Shown in pieces: positions 48,466-57,826 of a stretch of 64,000 nucleotides of DNA. The notes beneath the pieces were generated by a model. The model was not told where the DNA came from. It was given only the letters and a program-made list of their open reading frames with translations, and ran no database searches. Both the position numbers and the translations under genes were made by a program. This DNA comes from Pseudovirgaria hyperparasitica (Eukaryota): NCBI GenBank assembly GCA_010093815.1, contig ML996577.1; one strand, written 5' to 3'. The stretch's first letter is position 1. Every line of letters begins with the position of its first letter.

Positions 48466-48747
48466 CTATCGTGCAGACTGCTCCCCAGTCTGCGAGGAAC
48501 CCCGAGAGGAGCGTTCCTCCGGTATTGGAGAGAGCTCCACGCCCGTTGAAGGAGGGATAAGCGGGAGGAAGACAGGACGGATGGTGGCACGTTTGGCAGG
48601 TTGTGGTGTAGTTATCTTCTTCTGGGCGTTCAGAGCGGCGGTTTCCTGACGCTTTAACTCAGCGGCGAGCTTTGCTGCTTCTGCAGCCTTCTCAGCTGCC
48701 CTCTGCTCCTGGCGCAGCTTCATGGTGTTCTTCGTAGCTCCAGCCAT
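48466..48747 (-). CDS. Small Ala/Lys/Glu-rich hypothetical protein or pseudogene
   Basis: MAGATKNTMKLRQEQRAAEKAAEAAKLAAELKRQE looks coiled-coil-like; short ORF. Confidence 0.35.
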   Translation of the reverse strand: MAGATKNTMKLRQEQRAAEKAAEAAKLAAELKRQETAALNAQKKITTPQPAKRATIRPVFLPLIPPSTGVELSPIPEERSSRGSSQTGEQSAR

Positions 48748-50993
48748 TGTGACTTGGAGGAAAGGAATGGAGATTCGAAGACAGCTAGAGATTTGATAGC
48801 AGAAGAGTGTTAAAAGGTCCAAGAGAAGGCTGGGAGCGACGATGTATAGCTTGTTCTTGAGTCTTTGGGTGCAGACAAAGGTTTGAGTGAAAGATTATGG
48901 TAGTAAGAGCCGATATAGACGTATTTTGTGCGTTGTCGAGACTGGGGGAATGGTTATTGTGTAAGAAAGTCGATATAATTCTGTGGGTGTCCGTGCGGGC
49001 CTGTTGCCCCTAGAAGCTGATGAGAAATTCAATCACACACTCCTAAGCTTCACTACCTCCATCTCAATCATCCATCAGCCATACTCATCAAGAACCATCA
49101 GAGAACTTCCGCTTTAAGAGGATCGTTGTTCATATCTTTATCTCGATATCATCTCCTTTCTTCTCAACATCATTTGAGACACCTTGTGAGAAACAGTAAT
49201 CGTCTTTGAGCTTTGTCTTTACTAAAGTCAAGGTTTCGATCATTCAAGGCTTGTCTCTGTCCACTACGGGTGTGCATCATCAGTCAGGTGGCCTTTGATA
49301 CCGTGTGTGTGCTCATTGAAGAACACCGTCTTCTCACCATCTTTGGGGTGAGGTATGAGTTTTTCATGAAGGTAGATCCAGCTTCGGCATGATTGGTGAG
49401 TTTTTCCATCTCCAGCGACGCACAGTTCTTGACTTTCATTCGACCCTCACCTTCTTACATCAGGGATAAGAGACTGGTAACTGATAAACGAGATAGTAAA
49501 GCTCTCAGCTTCCTCACTGCCATCTTGACGTCCTTGGCTTCATCGTCAAGGTAGACCAATCACCAAGCAGCAAGGCCGTGACAGGCTCGATGATGCGGAG
49601 CAACAGCCTACCAGCTAGTATCATAGCCTTCTATTCAAAGACCACTGTCTAGATCGTGTCGAAAGGCGAAAATCATACCTGGCAGGTTGAGCGGAGCCGA
49701 AGATCGACATAGTCTGTCAAACTGCATCTTGGAAGTCCGCTGTGCCACGATTTTAATCTTCAAAGTGCTACAGAAGGCTGCGAAACATAACAGACAAGTC
49801 TTCTGTGCACTTCATTGAGGTTTTATCATCGTCGATACACGGATCCGCTTCGGTGCAGTGCTCCAGAAGGCGAAATGATCGACTAACCTCAGCAAAGGAT
49901 CACAGCTGAAGAGTTTCACACTAGTGTACTTAAGATAGAGTCTTTGGCTCAGTGCGTGGAGATCTCTATGCATCATGTCGGTGTGCAGGCCTCCATGGCA
50001 TCACTACCTTGTCGCCATTCCGTACCTTCGGCTCGGAAGAGGTTAAGGACACCCGTCACCACCCAATGGTAGCGAAGACGGTGTCTCAGGCCCAAAGAGC
50101 GTACCGTGTAGCCTAGAGCTCACACTATCAAGTGACTACCTCTGTCATTTTGAAAGACATCGGGATATGTTCGTGAGGTACATCGCTTGCGAGCGTGTCC
50201 ACTCCTTTGTCAGACTGGATTGACTGACATCTTAGCCAGACATGACCCCTCCGCCAAGCTCTTTATCCCATATCAGTATTTTGAAAGGATTTGGAGTCAC
50301 GGTATGATTCTCCTAGGCAAGAATTGCAGGTGATCTGATCGCCAGTATTGAAGTCGACATTACCCCAGGACTCCAGCAACAAGGGATGCTGAGAGCGAGC
50401 CGCATAATGGATGCGTCGCTAAATGCCTTGTTACAGAAAGAACACCCCAACACACCTATTGAGCTCATGCCTCGTGTAGCATCTCAGAGCCTTCTAATGG
50501 GATTTATGTCTCCAGGGGTCGCTGCCAGGTATGTGACTTCCGAGATTGACCGGTTGGAAGGCAGGCGCATACTAAAAGACGTCGAAGGTAGACGTGACTT
50601 TGTGACCTAGAAGGTATACTCAAAGTCGCCAGTATAGCCTTAGTACGTACAGATACTCAAACGTCGTGCGTTCAGAGAACGATGGCTCCTAGATACGGGG
50701 CCAATCATCGCTATTGAATACCAACATTTAGTCCTGCCAAAAAGCAGTCATGCGTGGACAATTGACGTTTCAAACTGCCCGCCACCACAAGCGGATGTCG
50801 AACTATTGCCAGCACAACAAGAGCTAGGATTCGCACGACTTACAACGGGGCCACCGTGAAGGCTCTACAGCGAGTGAACGGTTGCTCGTGTCCGTCCGGA
50901 GCAAGTTGAGCTTTGCGTGTGCAGGAGAGTGTACGGGTCTGTACAATGACGAGCCGCATGACTACCTGACGAACATGACGGCGCATTCCAGTG

Positions 50994-51995
50994 TCTTCCG
51001 CAGCTTTGGAGCGCGTGGGCCTTTTTTTCCGTTGAGTATTGCATACCTTCCGCAGCTGTATAAGCGCGTGGGTACCCTGGGTCCTTGGAAGAGATTGTTC
51101 AAACCCTTCCGCAGCTATCTGAGCGCGTGGGCTCTTTGCATCTCGAAACGAAGCTTTGTCTCCCTTCCGCAGCTTTTGAGCGCGTGGGTTCTTGTTCCAT
51201 CTTGTTGAAAGCATCGAATACCTTCCGCTGCCATGTGAGCGCGTGGGTCTTCTTTTGTATTTTTTTGTTGAGTCTTTCCACATCTTCCGCAGCTATCTGA
51301 GCGCGTGGGTTTCCTTCTGTCCTTCTCGCTTGTATCTTTGCAAACCTTCCGCAGCTATCTGAGCGCGTGGGTTATTCTGCGATTCACATGAAGATTCGAG
51401 TACCTTCCGCAGTTTTAAAACGTGTGGACTCTTCCGCCGTCTTGTTAGAAGTTTTGTAACCTTCCGCAGCAGTATGAGCGCGTAGGACTCCCTGTATCTT
51501 TCTTTGTTTGAGCCTTCCAAGACCTTCCGCAGCTTCGAGCGCGTGGGTTGTTTCTGCATCTTGTTTGGTACCTTCCGCAGCCATCTGAGCGCGTGGGTCT
51601 GCTGGGTCCTCCACAATACTTCTCAATACCTTCCGCTGCCCTGTGAGCGCGTGGGCTTCCTTGTGTCTCTTTTCGTCGAACCTCTGAATACCTTCCGCTG
51701 CCTTCTGAGCGCGTGGGCTCTCGCGCCATTCTGATAAAGTTGCAATGCCTTCCGCAGCCATGGGAGCGCGTGGGACGTTCATGTACCATTGGATTACCAG
51801 TCTGTCGCAGCTCCTTTAGCGCGTGGGCTCATTGTAGATGTTGAACCCATATTCTTTCTGGGCATTTCAGTTGCGTGCTTGGATTACGAGTCACCGAAGT
51901 CTTTACCTTACGCCGCTATAAGCGCGTGGGTTTGACGTTATCTTCATCTCGTTCAAAGTCATCTCGCGCCTTACGCAGCTTTCTGAGCGCGTTGG
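50994..51995. repeat. Regularly interspaced array of about 17 copies of CCTTCCGCWGC-N3-5-GAGCGCGTGGG with 23-38-bp dissimilar spacers
   Basis: Repeat starts at 50994, 51046, 51105, 51163, 51221, 51283, 51345, 51403, 51460, 51523, 51571, 51629, 51691, 51748, 51801, 51906 and 51969; decayed copies lie near both ends. Confidence 0.95.
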
Positions 51996-54900
51996 CCTTC
52001 CCCCTCTTGTGTTCAAGGATTTGGTTTCGATACTTTCTCAGAGCTGAACATGTGAGAAAATCCTCTTCGAAGCAGATGAATGGTATGGAATCGACGACAA
52101 GGCGACCAATCTGCGGCTGATATCATTAAGCTGTCGGGCTTCATGGCTTACTCCTGTTTCTCTCATGAATTGAAGTCCACTATTTGACGTACGGGAGGTC
52201 CGGGAAAAGTTCTCTAGGGCTTTTGTCGGTTCGGCTTCTTTGGTTCGTCTTCCGAGCCGCTTTCAAACATGTAAAGAAATTTGATTGTGAGCGCTAAGGA
52301 GCTATTGGTATGAGAATTCGGATCTCCGAGAACCTTTTGAGGTATCATTGGGTGCGAGCCAAGTGCAGTGGTAAACCCTGCGAACTTACGGTCTGTCATA
52401 TCTTTGACACAGGATTCGTTGTACAATAACAGTCCGCACTCAGTAAAGCTCTCTTGGGAAGCTTCGTTAAAGGTGTTTCAATGGGAGAGATTGATCCGGT
52501 ATTGTTCTAGCAGGCAGTCCAGACACTGTAGGACTGGTAATAAGCGTCGTAAGATCCTACTAGGAGCGATATGATTGAAGGATGGTATGTGGAGAGGCAT
52601 CTTGATGATCTAGCGGTCTCCATTTTCGAAGCACGTATGATGATGATGTGCTGCCGAAAGCCGTCCAAGGGAGGTTTTCCACCTGTTATGTGGTATTTGC
52701 TGTCCGTCTTAGTTTCTCCTGGGGCCTCGATAGCTCCCCAGGGTACTTGTCATCATCACCTCTTAGCGGTGCGGACAATGTCGATGATGTGGCCTTGGCT
52801 TACGACTGGACCTCCCAATCCAGGAGCCAACTAACCATCGCGTGCCCCATTCAAGGAGCAATACCCAACCAGTTCAAACGGGTCGCAAGGGTACCGTTGC
52901 TATCGGACGAGGTGATTAGCTTCTGCCCTTTTCGGTATACAGTCCTCGACGTTTAAGCTCAAGGCTAATCATGACTTACATTCTGGTGGGCCGCGATATG
53001 ATCATCCCCGCCTGTATAGGCTCTCCGAACCCCCAAAGCGCCAGAGCGCGGTCCGGATTCATGGCGTGCTCAATCGCCAAACGCAGCTTCCGCACGAGCA
53101 AAAAACGGTTCACTTGCCAGTCTGAGGTGGCAATGGTCACAGGGCGAGTGCCAGATCCAAGCTCCAAGGAGACGATGATCTGCCGTGCGAAGACTCGGCC
53201 ATGGGTCGACCGAGTCTTCTCCCAGACATAAATGTCTGCTCCTGGCCTGCGCACCCAGCGTCGGGCAGTCCGAATCAAAGCAGCCTCCGCGGCTGGAAGG
53301 CGGGTTCTGCGGTGTTGTGTCGACATTTTTGATGGTTGTGCGGTATCGTGCGTTGGATGCTGCGTTATGAGTGTTGACAGAGCTCAAGATCTTTGCAAGT
53401 CAACAAAGCCTGTCACTGCAAAGCTGCACCGCTCCTTAGTGGCCCCACTTTTTGCAGGACCAGTATGGAAAACTTTACCACATGCTATGATATCCCCTCT
53501 CAAAGGTTACGGAGGGGTAGGGCCTTGGCCTGTCGTTGCACAGATTCATTCTTACAGGATACATCTTCATGTTTGAGGATATGCAAGCAGCATATTATGG
53601 AACCCCTATACAGCAACATCCGACAGCCAGTTCCGCCCTTGCCGTGTATCAGCACCCCTTCGATGTTTTGGCACCTAATGCTGCGGTGCCGAGAGTCTAC
53701 GTCCAGAGCTCACTAGCGAAGATTGGCAGCACTTGAAAATGCCTCGCCAATATCCAGACGTAAGTTCTCTTCGTTGGTATGCTTCTCGATTTGACCTTAG
53801 CACTGACACCTCCGGAATAAGCCACCGGGAGCATGTTTCCACTGTGAGCACACTCCTGATGAGCTTCACTCCTGCGTTCGTGGCCGCTGCCTCCTAACAA
53901 CGGATCTCTCTGATGTCGTTGCCGGAGGAAACTACATGCCCGTGGTGTATTAATAGGGATCCATACACTTTCAGGCGGATACCAAGAATCTTGGTATCAA
54001 AATCTGTGAGCGGACTTGGTGGACCATAGGAGGACGATACAGCATCCGAAGGAGAATAAGTTACCGTCACACTCGTATTAATTTCAGGAAGGCAGAGGAA
54101 TATGCATGGGATTTAATATACTGTTCTTATATGTCCCCAGAGGCTCTTCACATTCCATCAGTATAGCAAGAAAGCGAATATGAGATGCGTATGCATGCCA
54201 CAGCATATGGATGGTAGTCCTAGTAACACCTAAGCGTGGAAATTACTTCAGAATAAAGCAAATTATGAGTCTCCCACAGTCCACAACTACGAGCGATCAT
54301 GTCCTCATAGAAGTCCAAGAAGCTTCGCAAAATCGAAGCCTTGGGATATGTCTCATACATTCCATTTTAGACCTGCCTCAAGGCAAAACTATCTTGAATG
54401 ATCTCGCATACCATGTCCAACAAATTATGATTACTGTCGCGCCATGAGCCTAGTATAATATCCATACGGCAGCACATAGTCAGGACTAGCCAGCTCTTCT
54501 CGTACCAGGGTAGACAAGTCCTGCCAACCGGTCAGATATAAACTTCCTTCCCCTGATCCGCTGGATGCCATTATGTGTTACCGAAGGAGCTGTATGCATC
54601 CACGACCGTCTAGGAAACTAAACTTTACTCCAAAGGCAACAACGCAGCACCTGTTCAGTATTCCTAGAGATAGAAGTGCCATGTACAATAGCTACTTGAA
54701 GTGAAGCCTCTGCTTTGGATATCTGCAACTCTCGTGGCGCGGCGTACGCTCGACAATGAAAACGTATGAACAGCTCGCGGTGGCCTCCAGACTAATGTTA
54801 GCTTGAAATCGTCTAATATATATTTTGTCCTACCTGTCTCTTGTCTTAAAACCTTATTTCTCAGGAAGGTGAGAGACCTCAAGTCTGGCGGTAAAAGTAC

Positions 54901-55536
54901 ATTGTTGTTAGGGAGAGGGTCACCGAGAGACCTTGAGCAGCTGGCAACGGCACCAGTATGTTATTATCATAACCTCCAGATGTGGCTGTGATTCAAACGT
55001 ATCATGGAATGAATTATCACTAAGCAGGATATTTCAAGCTTCAAACATGACCAAAACACAGATGCTGATACACTTCTGCAATACCGCACGCACTGAGCCG
55101 TGATGATACATGGCAGCCCAAATGTAAACTATCATCCGTGTTTCCACAAAAGTCGTCCATCGCCTCTGAACCTCTGGGAGTTACGCCCAAAAGGCATCAA
55201 GAGCCACAGTATCCCTATCATCAGCGCCTCCATGAGCCTAAAGCATACGTCACTGCCAGCCTCCTCTTCAAGACCATTTCCGCTCCCTGATCCCAGTCCT
55301 TCCACAGACGCTAGGCTTCACTTCCTTCCCAAGCGAGATGTTTCCACGCTAGTACAATCCGAGACATCAGAATCGATTCGAAGGTCGGCGATGAGGAGTT
55401 GCCCAGGTCAAGTGAACGCTAGTCCTCTCTCAGCTCCTCATATTCGATCCGATGTTGATCCATGGGCTTACGTGATCCTGCCTCCCAGTCTATATAAACA
55501 GCTGCTCCCTCTCTCGCTCCTACACCTTTTTTCCTT

Positions 55537-55816
55537 ATACTGTAGTGGTACTCATCCAACAAGTCGCTTCGGTGGCTTTCGTTGGGTGGCCCGCACCTTG
55601 CCCCCGGTGCAGGTATTCCCCTTGTGGGCTATTCTTTGGAACAAACTTCCCCATTTCCCTTCCTTTCCCTTCCCCTTCCCCTTCCCCTGCCCTCCGGTCA
55701 GAAGTGACCATAACTACTTGGTCAGCAGTGACGCTAAACACTCAATCTTTGGAATCAGCTGAGCTTTTGCTTGGCACCGTGTGGCTTGTACCATTGCACT
55801 ATCGCAGGCCAACGCG
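55537..55816 (+). ncRNA. Putative Sm-class small RNA unit A (possibly two RNAs or domains)
   Basis: TATATAAA at 55491, then a pyrimidine tract and AUAC start. A cUUCGg-capped hairpin with G-U pairs spans 55553-55588. Sm-like sites are AUUCUUUGGAACA (55631) and AAUCUUUGGAA (55744). Confidence 0.45.
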
Positions 55817-56598
55817 AACTCTTTTTTTCATTGTCATTTGGCCTCTGTGCTGATTGCGAGGAAGAAAATCCTTCATCTGATTGCTTTACTACTTTTTGGT
55901 GTGTGATCTTGAAGACCTTTGAGCATGTTGATAGCCTTTACCTTCGTCGTAATAAGAGAATATGATGAGAACATGATGCAAAGATCCATGTAAATAGCTG
56001 AAATGAGAGTGCAAGTACAAGGAGAAACATTGCTCAAGCTCATACCTACTGAGTCTGAATCTATCGCACACAGCTCAACAGCTCCAGTACGATATGTTCG
56101 TGTCAATCGCCCTTCCTCCTTCCCATAAGATGATTTCGCAACAGTGAAAGCAGACGGATGACACAAGGTCAGAGAGCTTGTACTTGAAGTATCGAATAAT
56201 GCACGCCCTGAGCCACCCTGCGCTTCAATGGCCTACATCGATGGACTTGAAACAGATTTCCACCACACTTCGGACCTGACGCTCGCAGAATACCTCCTCG
56301 AACGCCTGTTAGTTCAATGGGAACATATCCTTTGAAGAGTACACAAGCTCCAAAGCAGCTGGCCAAGCACTCCAGAAAAGCATCTCACTGACCGCGTAGG
56401 TCCTAAATCCACTGGCTTCGGCTCCAATAACGTGACCAACAACTTCCAGGCTCGGCCCCCTGCAAACAGGCAGCACGGATCGACATACCGTAATAGCAAC
56501 TACATGCGGCTAGCTTCCCTGGATCCAGGATCCAGATTATCGTTCCCCAACTATATAAGCTTGCCAACCCCCGCCCTCTTTCATCCTTTTTTTTCTCC

Positions 56599-56765
56599 AT
56601 CGTGCAGTGGGTCACTCACCCTTGGTAGTGCTAACTTTTGGCCTATCAAGGATGCAGAAAGTGTCTCTGAGTGTGCAGTGAAGAATTGTCTGAGCGCACC
56701 TCACTCTCTCTCGACATTCGTGTCAGAGAGGAATTTTTGGAACATTTTAATCGTTTGGGATTGTG
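56599..56765 (+). ncRNA. Putative Sm-class small RNA unit B
   Basis: TATATAA at 56552, AUCG start, hairpin 56620-56651, and a UUCG-capped hairpin 56706-56730 directly before the Sm site AAUUUUUGG at 56732. Confidence 0.55.
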
Positions 56766-57723
56766 GGAAACTCTTTTTTTTTCATTGCTGTCTCGGCCTT
56801 TGTGCTGGACACAAGGGAGAAGCCCTCTGATCATTCGTCTCTTTTTCATTGCTGTCTGGCCTTTGAGTTGGACCCAATGAAGAATTTTCTCCCACGGACG
56901 CCCAATTTCTGCCTATTGCTGAATCTTTGTGCGTCGTATGGCCTACGTCACATCCACGACTTACAGTGACGATGAGAGTCTCAAGCGTCTGTGGAATGCT
57001 TGTCATCTCACTGCGTCTCTGCTGCGTTTCTAGACCCGAGTGGAACTCATCTCATAAGGCATGGTATAGTACAAGATAGGCTGTCAATGGAAAGGCGCAG
57101 GTGGATCGCTGTAGAGGTATTATCGTTGACTGTCTCACTAGAGTCTCGGTGCGTTAACGAAGCTCAAATATATAGCTAAGCGATGTCAAATTTGGTCATT
57201 GACTGAGCAGGAGGCGCTATAGAGACACTGATTCATAGAGTGCTATTAGGACTTGTAAGAGCTTGTATTATCGGTTCAAAGGCACATTTCGTCTGATCTA
57301 GTGGGAGCGATTTAAATTCTGCAAGCAGATTCGCTAGTTACATACACACCTTCACCGTCACTGTTGAATCAAGGAACAACCTGGGCAGTGCTGGACCTAC
57401 GAGTTATGCTTGAAGCTACCATGGATTACAGGACAGCAGGTAGCAATACCAATTATGTACATCTCGATATACTTGATGAGTATTGCTGTCGTGCAATGTC
57501 CCAGTCTCGTCGTCTTCTCACCGACTCTCACGCCCGCCTGGCCCTACGTGCTTGAGTATCCACAATAAACACCCATGCTATGACAAATCACTAGTTGCTG
57601 TGCCAGTGAGTGATGTGACTAAAGCGGAAGTGTCACGTGAATCACCCGTCCAGATGTAGCTAGTCTCAGGTCCAACGACTATATAAACAGGCCTTCCCCC
57701 TCCATCTCACCTATTTTTTCTTC

Positions 57724-57826
57724 ATCCGTTCCGGCCTCAGTGCTGGGATAAGTGCAGAGGCAACTCCTCCAGCTCCTGCTGGTCTTCGTGATCGCCAGGG
57801 AATTTTTGGAACACAATCATGGATTG
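57724..57826 (+). ncRNA. Putative Sm-class small RNA unit C
   Basis: TATATAAA at 57680, AUCC start, a GCCUC/GAGGC stem, a UUCG-containing hairpin closed by CCUG/CAGG before the Sm site AAUUUUUGG (57801), and a small 3' hairpin CAAUC/GAUUG. Confidence 0.55.

Noticed and set aside
50840..51789. Overlapping ORFs with repeated PTRS/PRAQ/THAL..RKV peptides
   Set aside because: These are translations of the DNA repeat in shifting frames; the unit lengths are not multiples of three.
50994..51995. Bona fide prokaryotic CRISPR array or bacterial contamination
   Set aside because: No cas genes; the contig context is intron-containing fungal DNA; the repeat middles vary and the spacers share compositional bias and short words.
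52976..53326. 116-aa ORF next to the array as a candidate associated effector protein
   Set aside because: Protein-like and ends at a GTAAGT donor, but no domain is recognisable and no reliable gene model could be built.
55100..55762. 220-aa ORF overlapping unit A
   Set aside because: Non-ATG start, low-complexity sequence, runs through a TATA box and a CCCTT tract; likely spurious.
55537..57826. Canonical U1, U2, U4 or U5 snRNA, or telomerase RNA
   Set aside because: The invariant motifs (ACUUACCU, GUGUAGUA, GCCUUUUAC, U4 kink-turn, telomeric template) were not found.
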